Positions 9,402 to 19,112 of a stretch of 64,000 bases of DNA are shown here, in pieces. This DNA comes from Nanobdellota archaeon (GTDB lineage: Archaea > Nanobdellota > Nanobdellia > Parvarchaeales > Parvarchaeaceae), in NCBI GenBank assembly GCA_021797085.1, contig JAKAAG010000001.1, positions 6,814-70,813 of the forward strand, given 5' to 3'. The position numbers were made by a program, and so were the translations under genes. Numbering within the stretch: the first letter of the stretch is position 1; each line of letters starts with the position of its first letter. Under the pieces are notes generated by a model, which ran no database searches, was not told where the DNA came from, and saw nothing but the letters and a program-made list of their open reading frames with translations.

Positions 9402-10181
9402 TCAAAAATCCTGCGATTCTATGTCCCAAGAATCATGTTTCCAAAGCAAGAATTCCGGCTTATTCAAGAAAATAAAATGTTCGGGATGAGCTATATACTC
9501 ATCATATATGCTTTTTGAATAATCAAGGAAAGGCAGCTTCTCCGCTTCGCTGTGCTTAAGGGTAGTTTCCTTGTAATTTTTGTTTAAAACTATATTCCCG
9601 TTCCTTAAAAGGAAAAGAGCCCCTCCACCCATTGCCTGCACGGACTTGTAATCAGAATCAAACGTAGAGTTTACCAGATTTGCCTCTATTAAAAGACCTT
9701 TTCCGACATTAATTGAAAAATGGCCATAATTAGGAAGCATTATGACTTTATCCCCTGCTTTTGCATGCACAAGCTCTAAATCAAAGCTCCCATTATCGTT
9801 CCTTTTCTGTAGAAGGTAAACGGCCTCACCACTTATTACCTCATATAACTCTGGGTAAGCCAGCCCTTTTTCAACTAATGGGTGATAATGTCCAAGAGTC
9901 TTTGTAAACTCTCCACCTAAATCATAATTTTCAATGACGGTAACGTCATACCTTATGTTATGTGCCGAGAAAACTGTGGCATTCTTTGCAACTCCCGCTG
10001 CTCTATACATTCTGTATATTACGTCATTCCTGTTTTTGCTGTTTATGAATTCCTTATTGAACAGTACATCCTTCATCTCACTTACCTTACGTACAGAAAA
10101 AGGCACTTCATTACCGTCGGCAAACAACTTTCTTTCTTTTTCATCAAATTCTAAATCAACTGCTTTAACGTTAAGTTTCAT
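9402..10181 (-). CDS. cupin-type phosphoglucose isomerase-like protein
   Basis: TLGHYHP...E..Y and later HAKAGDKV..PNYGHFSIN align with the Pyrococcus cPGI metal-binding motifs. N- and C-terminal extensions present. Confidence 0.5.
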   Translation of the reverse strand: MKLNVKAVDLEFDEKERKLFADGNEVPFSVRKVSEMKDVLFNKEFINSKNRNDVIYRMYRAAGVAKNATVFSAHNIRYDVTVIENYDLGGEFTKTLGHYHPLVEKGLAYPELYEVISGEAVYLLQKRNDNGSFDLELVHAKAGDKVIMLPNYGHFSINVGKGLLIEANLVNSTFDSDYKSVQAMGGGALFLLRNGNIVLNKNYKETTLKHSEAEKLPFLDYSKSIYDEYIAHPEHFIFLNKPEFLLWKHDSWDIESQDF

Positions 10182-10204
10182 ATAATTACAAATGCCTACA
10201 AAGA

Positions 10205-11749
10205 TTAATACTTTTTATATAACATTCTAACAAACCTGTCGGCTTTAAACAGCTTGATTATAAATCTGAGTTCCTTATTGCTAACGGTCCTTGTAAAATA
10301 CAACATTAAAACATAGAAGACTAAAGCAGCGATCAGAAGCAGCGGCAGGTATGCCAACCTTGTAACAAACTTTAGAAGAAAATACAAGAAAAGGCCCATT
10401 AATAAAACAGAAAATGTGGCTTTCAGCAGTTCTTTATAAGGCAATTTTATTTTGATGTACCTTGAAACCAAAATAAGATTTACTGCTAGGGTAGACATTG
10501 TAACCGCAAGATACGCAATTGCTGCGCCTACAGAATACAGAAGCGGAACTAAGATAATAGTAAGCGTTATTCCGACTACCGCACCAGTTATTACGGAGTA
10601 CATTGCATATTTTTGTTTCCCTGTTGCACTTAAAACCTGAGTAATCGGCCCGAATATGCTGGATATGAGAACAGGTATAAGAAGGATTATAAAGGGGGTT
10701 TCAGCGCCGAGAAAGCTAGATTTGTAAAGATACGAAATGAGCCTCGGTGCCGATATGATAGAGGCTATAACGAGCGGAAAAGTAAGAAGAAAAGAATATT
10801 TTATAAGGCTATGCTGAAGTCTGTAAAATCCCTCAAATTGTTTTCTTTCAAAAAACTTTGTTATCGATGCAAAGAATGCAGACCCTACTGCGGCAGCGGG
10901 CAGTCCAAGCATACCTGCCATTATAAGCCCCACTCTATAAAAACTCACTGATGAAATGTCCGGAGAAACCGCTCCTAAAAACAAAGCGATTACTGGCCCA
11001 TAAGACAGAGAGATTATTGCCATGACGTATGAAAAATTTCTATAACTGTAAAAATGAGCCAAATCTTCCTTTTCCGGCTTGGCTGATTTGGGAAACCCCT
11101 TCATTGAGCGATATAAAAGGAAAAGGCCAACTGTTGCAGTTACAAGGTAAACCACGTCATAAAACTTAATTGCGCCTATTAAACCAAACCCTAAGTAAAT
11201 TACTACTAGCTGCATTATACGTAAAAAATCATACAAAACACCAGTAATAAAGCTATTGTTCATCTTCTGAAATCCCACAAATGAAGGCTCTGTGAAATTC
11301 CCTGAAAGAGAATAGAAAACAAGCCCAAAAGCCAGTATCTTTATAAGATAACCTACTTCTGCTGAATGATATATCGATGCAATTACTCCAGAAAGAGAGA
11401 ATAAGACTATCGAAGCAATAAGAGATGAAACTATTACTATAACAAAATAATGCTTAACTGCCCACATTAGCCTAGAAGCGGAGTTTTGCGCACGGTATTT
11501 TGATATAGCGTACTGAACCGCCGAATTTATGCCCAAACCAGCAATAGTAGAAGCAAATCCCCAGTAGAGAACGACTACTGTATAATAACCATAGTTGGTA
11601 GGCCCAAGAAACCTCACAAGAAGAACGCTGACCAAGAAAGAAACAAAGAATTTTGAGCCTGAGCGAAGAAAGCCATACACACTATTTGAAGCCACTAATC
11701 CCTGTTCTTCTTCTATGTTTATTTCATCACTGTTGACAGGTTGTTCCAT
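10205..11749 (-). CDS. polysaccharide/oligosaccharide flippase (Wzx/MOP superfamily)
   Basis: 514 aa, about 14 TM segments. Lies adjacent to aglB. Confidence 0.45.
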   Translation of the reverse strand: MEQPVNSDEINIEEEQGLVASNSVYGFLRSGSKFFVSFLVSVLLVRFLGPTNYGYYTVVVLYWGFASTIAGLGINSAVQYAISKYRAQNSASRLMWAVKHYFVIVIVSSLIASIVLFSLSGVIASIYHSAEVGYLIKILAFGLVFYSLSGNFTEPSFVGFQKMNNSFITGVLYDFLRIMQLVVIYLGFGLIGAIKFYDVVYLVTATVGLFLLYRSMKGFPKSAKPEKEDLAHFYSYRNFSYVMAIISLSYGPVIALFLGAVSPDISSVSFYRVGLIMAGMLGLPAAAVGSAFFASITKFFERKQFEGFYRLQHSLIKYSFLLTFPLVIASIISAPRLISYLYKSSFLGAETPFIILLIPVLISSIFGPITQVLSATGKQKYAMYSVITGAVVGITLTIILVPLLYSVGAAIAYLAVTMSTLAVNLILVSRYIKIKLPYKELLKATFSVLLMGLFLYFLLKFVTRLAYLPLLLIAALVFYVLMLYFTRTVSNKELRFIIKLFKADRFVRMLYKKY

Positions 11750-11831
11750 TGATATACTGATGTTTACTAACTTGTATTATAATGCACTCAATTTATGTAT
11801 TTAAATAAATAATAAGCAATAGTAATTAAAT

Positions 11832-12185
11832 ATGGTTTTACTCACACAAGAAACTGGGTTATATGTAATAGTAGCTTTAGCCATTGTTATAGGGTATCTC
11901 ATAGGAGTGTCAACGCAGGAAGAAATAGAAAACATAGCAAAAAAATTTAGGGCAGAAAAAATCTTTTCTTATCCTTTAATAATTATAGAAATTGCTGCAA
12001 TATCCTTGGTATTATATTTATACAGTGGTTACTATTTTGCAGTTTCTGCGATAATACTGCTTTTTAACCTTTGCTTTTCAGCGCTTTACAATGCAGAGAA
12101 ATCTGATTTACAAAGAACAATAAGTTATGTAATTACATTTTTAGTTCCCTCTTTAATAATCGGAACTATAATAATTATATTATGA
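11832..12185 (+). CDS. small hypothetical membrane protein
   Basis: 117 aa, 3-4 TM segments. Confidence 0.3.
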   Translation: MVLLTQETGLYVIVALAIVIGYLIGVSTQEEIENIAKKFRAEKIFSYPLIIIEIAAISLVLYLYSGYYFAVSAIILLFNLCFSALYNAEKSDLQRTISYVITFLVPSLIIGTIIIIL

Positions 12186-13321
12186 AAATAGGCATAATCG
12201 GAAGGACAAATGTAGGAAAAAGCACGCTTTTTAAGGCGCTTACTCTTGAAGAAGTTGAAATAGAAGACCGGCCGTTTACAACTATAGAACCCAACAAAGG
12301 AGTTGGTTATGTTACTGTTGAATGCCCTGAAAAATACTTCAATGTAAAATGCAATCCGCACAATGCCCCATGCGTTGATGGCACAAGATTTGTACCAATT
12401 AATATAATAGACGTTGCAGGTTTGGTAGAAGGCGCGAGTGAAGGAAAGGGCCTTGGTAATAAATTCCTAAGCGACATAATGGAAGCCGATGCAATAATAG
12501 AAGTAATAGACATATCCGGTAACACTGACAGCAGCGGAAATAAAACGAAGGATTTTGACCCTGGAATAGACATAGAAATGGTTGACAACGAGATAAAGAA
12601 ATGGATAGCTTCAATAATATCTAGATCTAGGTATGTAGGTAAGGAAGATATAGCAGACGTAATATTCAAAAATGTATCTGGGATAAACATAAAGTATTCG
12701 ACTGTAAAAGAAGTTGTAAAGGAGCTCGACGTAAAGGAAATAAACGACGATACTGCTTTGGATATGGCTTCTTTACTGATGAAAAAAGACAAACCAATGC
12801 TTATTTTATGCAATAAGATGGATTCTGTTGAAGACTTGGAGGAAAGGATGAAAAGGCTGAAGGAAAGATTTGACTACCAGTTTATGGCCTGCTCTGCAGC
12901 TGCCGAGCTTACAATAAGGGAAGCAGAGAAAAACGGGTTCATACGCTTTAAAAACAACAGGCTTGAAAAATTAAAGGAATTGAGCAGTGATCAGGAAAAA
13001 GCCATAGGCATAATAGAGAAAATAATAAAAAAATACGGCGGAACTGGGGTGAGAGAGGCTTTAAACCGTCTTGTATTTGAATTAAAGGGCTACAAGGTAG
13101 TTTTCCCAGTAGAGGACGAAAAGAAGCTTACTGATGGCTTCGGAAGAGTGCTACCAGATGCATATCTTGTGGAGAAAGATGCAACTCCCAAGGATGTAGC
13201 TGCAATGATACACAGCGATATAGCCAAAAACTACAAAGGCGCTATAGATTGCAAAACGGGGTTGAAAGTAAAGAACGACTCTCCTGTCAAAAATGGGCAG
13301 GTCCTGAAGATACTGGTATGA
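12182..13321 (+). CDS. YchF/OLA1-family GTPase (Obg superfamily) with C-terminal TGS domain
   Basis: G1 motif GIIGRTNVGKST, FTTIEPN, C-terminal TGS-like region. ATGA overlap with the previous gene. Confidence 0.75.
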   Translation: MKIGIIGRTNVGKSTLFKALTLEEVEIEDRPFTTIEPNKGVGYVTVECPEKYFNVKCNPHNAPCVDGTRFVPINIIDVAGLVEGASEGKGLGNKFLSDIMEADAIIEVIDISGNTDSSGNKTKDFDPGIDIEMVDNEIKKWIASIISRSRYVGKEDIADVIFKNVSGINIKYSTVKEVVKELDVKEINDDTALDMASLLMKKDKPMLILCNKMDSVEDLEERMKRLKERFDYQFMACSAAAELTIREAEKNGFIRFKNNRLEKLKELSSDQEKAIGIIEKIIKKYGGTGVREALNRLVFELKGYKVVFPVEDEKKLTDGFGRVLPDAYLVEKDATPKDVAAMIHSDIAKNYKGAIDCKTGLKVKNDSPVKNGQVLKILV

Positions 13322-14112
13322 ACAATACAAAGGTATTCCTAAAAGACGAAAAAACGTTTGAAAAGATAATAGAGGCTTCAGACCTTAAAAAAGACGATAT
13401 AGTGATAGAGATAGGGAGCGGTGATGGGAGACTAACAAAACGCATAGCCTCTCATGTAAAAAAAGTTTATGCTATAGAAATAGACATGAATCTTTTCGAT
13501 TCTGCAAGAACTATGCTTGAAGAGACCAAAAACATAGAGTTCATAAACGGAGATGCATTAGCAATAGAATTCCCCAGCGATGCAAACAAGATAATATCAA
13601 ATTTACCATATGCCATCTCTTCTCCAATAACGGAAAAGATAATATATTTTATGAATGGAAAAAAAGATTCTTTGGCAGTACTAATGTATCAATTGGAATT
13701 CGGTGAAAGAATGCTTGCATTCCCAGGGATAAGAGATTATTCGATGATATCCGTGTTTACGCAATACACTTGCAACATAGAGCTTGTTTCCAGAGTCAGT
13801 AAGAACGCATTCAGGCCTAGGCCTGCAGTTGAATCCATAATCTTGAGGATAAAACCTAAAAATATACAGATAAATGAAAATTTTCTTGCTTTTGCAAGGC
13901 TTCTTTTTCAGCACAAGAAGAAAAACCTTTATTCCGCTATAATGGACAGCAGGGGAAAACTAAACGTAAAATCGAAGGAAGAGATAAGGTATAAATTACA
14001 GGGATTCAAAGAAAAGGATAAGCTAAAGCAGAAAGTCTTCTATCTTGAGATAAATGAGCTAGAGGATATATATAATGAAATGCTAAGGATAGGGATATGC
14101 AAAAAGAAGTAA
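13318..14112 (+). CDS. rsmA: 16S rRNA (adenine1518/1519-N6)-dimethyltransferase KsgA/Dim1
   Basis: SAM motif IEIGSGDG and NLPYAISSP. Start chosen at the ATG overlapping the YchF stop (ATGA). Confidence 0.8.
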   Translation: MNNTKVFLKDEKTFEKIIEASDLKKDDIVIEIGSGDGRLTKRIASHVKKVYAIEIDMNLFDSARTMLEETKNIEFINGDALAIEFPSDANKIISNLPYAISSPITEKIIYFMNGKKDSLAVLMYQLEFGERMLAFPGIRDYSMISVFTQYTCNIELVSRVSKNAFRPRPAVESIILRIKPKNIQINENFLAFARLLFQHKKKNLYSAIMDSRGKLNVKSKEEIRYKLQGFKEKDKLKQKVFYLEINELEDIYNEMLRIGICKKK

Positions 14113-14921
14113 AAGTAATCAAGAGAGGAAATCCATCGGTTAGGATATACAGAAAGAAAAAAGCTTGGGAGTTTATACCTTTTAAATCAAACTTAGGCTA
14201 TAACCAAAACAAACAGAAAAGATTCAAAAATTTTGCATCAAGGTTTTCTTTGAGAGAGATAGAAGACATATTTATAGCCTGGTTGGCATTGAGCTTCGCA
14301 TTTGCGGTTGTTCTTTATCCTATAGAAAACTCTGGTTTCTTATTATACTTCCTAGCTTCTTTTATAGTGCTTGGAGCCGCATTCATAATGCATGAATTGA
14401 TGCATAAGTTTGTCGCTCAAAGCTACGGCTATGAGGCGCAGTTCAGAATGTTCCCGTTCTTTTTGATACTTGCTGTAGTAATGGCCCTGCTTATTGGATT
14501 CGTGTTTGCATTGCCTGGTGCAACGATATTTGAACCTGATCCAAGAGAGCCCTACACAGACCCAAAGGGATTTACTGAAAGATACGGAAAAATATCGCTT
14601 GCCGGGCCATTAATTGATATAGCATTTGGATTTATATTCCTAGCTTTGTTTTTGCTTATCTATGTACTTGTAGGGTCACATGTGACTAACTTATTGACGG
14701 CTTTCGGCTACATAGTAACTGGATTAGGAACATTCATAAGCTTCTACTTGGGCGCATTTAATATGCTGCCATTAGGATCAGCGTCATTTATAGGATTGGA
14801 TGGTTACAAGGTGTGGAGATGGAACAAGGTTTACTGGGCCATTTTCTTTGTGATACCTGTTGCAATGACCGCTTTAATCTACATCGGTTACATACCTGTT
14901 CTCTCTGTCATAGGTCTGTAA
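14097..14921 (+). CDS. M50-family (site-2 protease-like) intramembrane metalloprotease, no PDZ
   Basis: HELMH inside a TM helix and downstream NMLPLGSASFIGLDG (NxxP..DG motif). Confidence 0.55.
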   Translation: MQKEVKVIKRGNPSVRIYRKKKAWEFIPFKSNLGYNQNKQKRFKNFASRFSLREIEDIFIAWLALSFAFAVVLYPIENSGFLLYFLASFIVLGAAFIMHELMHKFVAQSYGYEAQFRMFPFFLILAVVMALLIGFVFALPGATIFEPDPREPYTDPKGFTERYGKISLAGPLIDIAFGFIFLALFLLIYVLVGSHVTNLLTAFGYIVTGLGTFISFYLGAFNMLPLGSASFIGLDGYKVWRWNKVYWAIFFVIPVAMTALIYIGYIPVLSVIGL

Positions 14922-14963
14922 TTATTAGGGCAGTTATTTAAATAAGCAGGTTTAATAATAACT

Positions 14964-15638
14964 ATGGCTGAAAAAACAAAAATAATAACCGCTTTTCAAA
15001 CTGCCGGGTATATATCAATATTGGCCGCTAGGTTCCTTGAAGAAAAGGGAGTTATAAAAGATGTCGGAGGGATAGACATTGATGAACTTGCGCAATTTGC
15101 CGTAGTCAAAGATGGAAACCTTCTTTCTCCCATAAGAATACTGGAAGGAAAAGAATTTACAATGATAACATCGCAGATACCTTTGCCTTTGAAGGCAATA
15201 AACGAACTTGCGGATAAAATAATGCTGATTTATAAAGAAAGGAAGGCGGACCAGATAATAGCGTTGGACGGCCTTGCGATTGATGAGGCGAAGGACAAGA
15301 GCGAAGTCTATTTTGCAAGCACTTACAATGAAAAAGAGATAAAAAACTGCAAGAAATTGCCTGAAGGAGCAATGATGGGTTTTAATTCCTACTTCGCGCA
15401 CAAGGCAAGAAAGAGTAAGATACCATTTATAGTTTTAATGGCGGAAACGCACGCAGAGATACCTGATGGCATAGCAGCCGCAGCTCTTATTTCCGTATTG
15501 GAAGGCATTCTTGGAATACAGGTAGACACTTCTGAACTTATATCAGAATACAAGAAAACACTCGGACAGATAAACAACCTACTGAAAAGAGTAAGTCAAG
15601 CACCAAAAAGTCAGGAAGAACAGAACATGTACGTTTAA
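14964..15638 (+). CDS. PAC2-family (PbaA/PbaB-like) proteasome assembly chaperone candidate
   Basis: 224 aa; size and composition fit PAC2/COG1938. C-terminus ...NMYV fits an HbYX-type tail. Weak call. Confidence 0.35.
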   Translation: MAEKTKIITAFQTAGYISILAARFLEEKGVIKDVGGIDIDELAQFAVVKDGNLLSPIRILEGKEFTMITSQIPLPLKAINELADKIMLIYKERKADQIIALDGLAIDEAKDKSEVYFASTYNEKEIKNCKKLPEGAMMGFNSYFAHKARKSKIPFIVLMAETHAEIPDGIAAAALISVLEGILGIQVDTSELISEYKKTLGQINNLLKRVSQAPKSQEEQNMYV

Positions 15639-16039
15639 TTCTGATTGTATTCTTTTGCTTTTTCTTCCAAAAACCTTGAGACATTGTTGTCCATAAAGGA
15701 GGTTGAATAAGCAGTTATATCTGCCATAGGCACCCATTTATAGCTTTGGAAAAAAGACAGAACTTCCGGTTCCCCGTTTACATGCTCCATTACATAAAGG
15801 AAATACAACAACTTTGGATTTTCACTTGGGTAATACTTGAATACCTTTCCTGTAAGATTAACCTTTATGTTGAATTTTTCCATCAGTGAAAGGATCTCCC
15901 TCCTTGGGCTTTTTTCTTCATCCAAATCAAGAAATGGGAATACCCATGTAGCTCTTGGCATGTATTTATCCTGTTCCTTCAGCTTTACCATCAATACTTT
16001 GTTTCCCCTTATAACCAATGCTGATACTCTTTTTGCCAT
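15635..16039 (-). CDS. NUDIX-like hydrolase (degenerate Nudix box)
   Basis: 134 aa. LDLDEEKSPRREILSLMEKFNI resembles a degraded Nudix box. Confidence 0.3.
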   Translation of the reverse strand: MAKRVSALVIRGNKVLMVKLKEQDKYMPRATWVFPFLDLDEEKSPRREILSLMEKFNIKVNLTGKVFKYYPSENPKLLYFLYVMEHVNGEPEVLSFFQSYKWVPMADITAYSTSFMDNNVSRFLEEKAKEYNQN

Positions 16040-16110
16040 ATGATTATTAACATTTTTTACATTTTAAACGCTTTTTTATATGAGGTTATACATAATATTA
16101 TTAAAAAGAT

Positions 16111-16401
16111 ATGGATAAAGGGTATTATGCTGTGTTGATAGTTATTGTTGCATTGGTGATATTAGCTGCAGTATTCTACACAAACCCTTACGAAAACCAT
16201 AGGCAGATAGCAATAGGGATATGCGAATTGGAATGCCACAACATAATAACCAACTCTACACTGACAAGCAATACCTGCATAAAAGAAAATGCGAGTTTCG
16301 GTTATTCATGTGCAGCAGTAAATTCCACTGCTTCTACAGTCTGCTCAAATACAAATGAGATAAATTTAAATTATAACTGCGTTTTGGAAAACGTAAAATA
16401 A
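16111..16401 (+). CDS. small Cys-rich secreted/anchored protein with class-III (pilin-like) signal-peptide features
   Basis: MDKG followed by ~20 hydrophobic residues. 8 Cys and several NxS/T sequons. Confidence 0.3.
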   Translation: MDKGYYAVLIVIVALVILAAVFYTNPYENHRQIAIGICELECHNIITNSTLTSNTCIKENASFGYSCAAVNSTASTVCSNTNEINLNYNCVLENVK

Positions 16402-17040
16402 TTACTTAACAAGCTGATCCAATACATGCAATTTCTTGTTGAGAAAGTCTATCCTGCTCTGCTTGTCTTCCAGTATCTTACCTGATTCTATGTGCGTAAG
16501 TACACCGCCATCATTCTTGCACCTAAAGTCATTTTGAAGGGCCTCATTTACATCGTATCTTCTGTTGCAGATATCACAGACGTAAAAGTCTTCTGCCTTG
16601 TTTAATTCCATTGATTTTTTGGTTTGTTTTATCTCTTCCTCATACATCTCTCTTATTATGAATACTAGCTTTTCCGGATTCGCGCTCCAAAAATAGGTAT
16701 ACCATGCTTTGTTGTTCTTTCTTACCTTTCTATAGGAAACAAGGTTTTTATTGTAAAGCCTATACAGGAATTTTCTTATTGCATTTGCCTTTTCAAACTT
16801 AAGTTTTTTTGCAAGAAGGTTCTCCTCCATTTCCCCTTTGGAGATAAGAAACTCGAAAACTTCCAAGCCTTTTTCTCCAGCAACATCAACAACGTATTTT
16901 CTTGCCTCCTCCAATTTCAAAAGCTTGTTAGTATCAATTACTATCTTTTTTTCACGTTTTACAACTACTTTTTTTGTCTTTTTTATTTTGGGATTGGACT
17001 TAACTTTTTTCACTTTATTCTTCGCTTTTTTCGTAGCCAT
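16402..17040 (-). CDS. tfe: transcription factor E (TFIIE-alpha homologue) with Lys-rich N-terminal tail
   Basis: Winged-helix region plus C-terminal CDICNRRY...C Zn-ribbon remnant. The first ~40 aa are K-rich. Confidence 0.55.
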   Translation of the reverse strand: MATKKAKNKVKKVKSNPKIKKTKKVVVKREKKIVIDTNKLLKLEEARKYVVDVAGEKGLEVFEFLISKGEMEENLLAKKLKFEKANAIRKFLYRLYNKNLVSYRKVRKNNKAWYTYFWSANPEKLVFIIREMYEEEIKQTKKSMELNKAEDFYVCDICNRRYDVNEALQNDFRCKNDGGVLTHIESGKILEDKQSRIDFLNKKLHVLDQLVK

Positions 17041-17092
17041 TTTTATATATAGTAAAGTAGAGATTTAACCTTTTCTATTCAAAGATAAAATT

Positions 17093-18346
17093 CTATTTTA
17101 GTGATGCAAATATTATTGAGCCTATTGGGCTCAAAAGAACTAAAAGCAGGATAAAAAGAAATGCAACAGTATTTAGGATTGCAAGCGCCTTCTTCTCATT
17201 TTTAACAACGTAACCCAAAGCATCGAAGAATATCTTACCGCCGTCTACAAGATAAGACAATGGAAGTATGTTGACTATTGCAAGGCTGAAAGATATAACC
17301 CACAACCACAAGAAAAGTCCATCTATCCAGTAAAGAGACTGAGAAGTAAAAGAATTATTGGGAAATGCAGTGACAGAAATTGGCTCTATTATAAATGCCG
17401 GCGGTTTTGCGAGCGAGAAAAACCCTCCCACTCCAATGTAACTATGATAGGTATTATTTATTGATGAATTATAAGTAGTTTTCATGGAATAAACCTTTCC
17501 ATTGGTTAAGGTAAAATTAACGTACTGCCCCGGCTTGACATTGAGATCAGACAAGGCCTGCTGCTCCGAATAGAACTGGTGGCCGTTTATTTCTGAAACC
17601 GTGGAATTTACCGGTAAAGAAACTAGGCTGGCAGGGCTGTTATTTACAACCGTTGAAACATCTAGGTAATACGGGGAATATGAAACTAAATTAGCTGAAA
17701 TCATAAAATGGGAAAGCAAAAGATATGCTCCTAAAAATATGAAGCCTAAAACAACGTTTGTAAAAGCGCCTGCGGCAAATATTCTCAAACGATCCATTCT
17801 CTTCGCTTTTATAACTTTCTTTTCATCCGGTTCTACAAACGCCAGAGGAAGAACTCCAAATAGGAAGCCGAAACCAGTAGATTTTATTTTTATGTTTTTT
17901 GAAAGTGCAACTACGCCGTGAGAAGCTTCATGCAAAGCTGCCAATACGATTACAGCTATTAGTATGTAAAGTATGGGAACGCCTATTAAAACAGGTATTC
18001 CTCCTACAGAGATTGAAACGGGAAACAGTGGTGCTACAGCTGGAAAAGTGGTTGTTGGGCTTGTTATCATAAGATAAAGGTAAGGCAGGAAAAGGTATAG
18101 CACAAAGCCTATGCCTGCAAGTGCAACGAAAACTCCTATCGTTGAATAGATGTTTACGAGCCGTTTAAACCTTGCTAGCCGCTTCATTGCTTTTAATCCT
18201 ATCTTTGTTTTGTAAAGAAAAACTACTTTTCCTTCTACATCAAACTTTTTTCTCTCTATAATTACAAATAATCCGAATATTACAAGTATTATAATTGTTA
18301 AAAGTAAATTATCTCCATTTGCTAAGAGCACACTTAAAACTGACAT
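17093..18346 (-). CDS. site-2 protease (M50) with PDZ domain
   Basis: LHEASHGVV (HExxH) and C-terminal NILPLSYLVDGG. Multiple TM segments with a PDZ-like insert. Confidence 0.65.
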   Translation of the reverse strand: MSVLSVLLANGDNLLLTIIILVIFGLFVIIERKKFDVEGKVVFLYKTKIGLKAMKRLARFKRLVNIYSTIGVFVALAGIGFVLYLFLPYLYLMITSPTTTFPAVAPLFPVSISVGGIPVLIGVPILYILIAVIVLAALHEASHGVVALSKNIKIKSTGFGFLFGVLPLAFVEPDEKKVIKAKRMDRLRIFAAGAFTNVVLGFIFLGAYLLLSHFMISANLVSYSPYYLDVSTVVNNSPASLVSLPVNSTVSEINGHQFYSEQQALSDLNVKPGQYVNFTLTNGKVYSMKTTYNSSINNTYHSYIGVGGFFSLAKPPAFIIEPISVTAFPNNSFTSQSLYWIDGLFLWLWVISFSLAIVNILPLSYLVDGGKIFFDALGYVVKNEKKALAILNTVAFLFILLLVLLSPIGSIIFASLK

Positions 18347-18353
18347 TATATAC

Positions 18354-18542
18354 TTACACCTTTAACTTTCTTAACTCTTTGTGTTTAGGCCTCAATGCCG
18401 AAGAACCGCAGTTCCTACACCTTACTTCATTCCTTCTAAGAACTTTCTGGCTGGAAACGCGTATCTTTGCATTGCAGTTTCTACATACGTATACGTTATA
18501 GAACAGTCTGCTATCAGCAACCGGATTTGATCTCTCTGCCAT
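18354..18542 (-). CDS. rpl40e: 50S ribosomal protein L40e
   Basis: CRNC...CRNC Zn-ribbon and LRPK motif. 62 aa. Confidence 0.7.
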   Translation of the reverse strand: MAERSNPVADSRLFYNVYVCRNCNAKIRVSSQKVLRRNEVRCRNCGSSALRPKHKELRKLKV

Positions 18543-18605
18543 AATCTTATAGGTTTCTATTTACTTATATATAAAGTTTTATTTAGTGCATAATTAGTAT
18601 AGTTA

Positions 18606-19106
18606 ATGAAAATTGACGTTATAAGAAAAGATTCAAAAGAGATTGTAGAAAAACTGAAAGGCCTTGGCTTTGAAGGGATATTACTTCTAAAAGACCAGAG
18701 TATAAAAGACATTACAAAAGAGGAAACAACTGAATTTAAAGCTTATTCTGGAAAAGACTATGATTTTGTCATCAGAAAAGGAAAGGCAAAGTTCATATAT
18801 GATTTAGAGGTTAACGGCTTTCTTCTGAACAAAGGACTGTGCAGCAAGTTAAAGGAAAATGGCATGACAGTTATATTCAGCTTTTCGGCGCTTGAAAAAA
18901 GTGAAAACATGTTTAAAGTTTACAAGAACTTGTTGATAAACGGAAAACTTTGCAACGATTATGGCATAAACTGCTTGTATTCCTCCGGATCCGAAAGTAC
19001 AAATGACATAAAGTCTTTTTTCCAGCTTTGTGCATTTGCGGAGGAATTTGGTTATAACTACAAGAACATGATTAAAAGCATGAAAACTGTAGCGGAATTA
19101 ACTTAA
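18606..19106 (+). CDS. hypothetical protein
   Basis: 166 aa, no clear motif. Faint resemblance to the RNase P Rpp30 C-terminal half. Confidence 0.25.
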   Translation: MKIDVIRKDSKEIVEKLKGLGFEGILLLKDQSIKDITKEETTEFKAYSGKDYDFVIRKGKAKFIYDLEVNGFLLNKGLCSKLKENGMTVIFSFSALEKSENMFKVYKNLLINGKLCNDYGINCLYSSGSESTNDIKSFFQLCAFAEEFGYNYKNMIKSMKTVAELT

Positions 19107-19112
19107 TCAAAT

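Noticed and set aside
12307-12813. 168-aa minus-strand ORF
   Set aside because: It lies entirely antisense to the well-supported YchF GTPase gene, and its product is Ser/Phe/Ile-rich low-complexity sequence.
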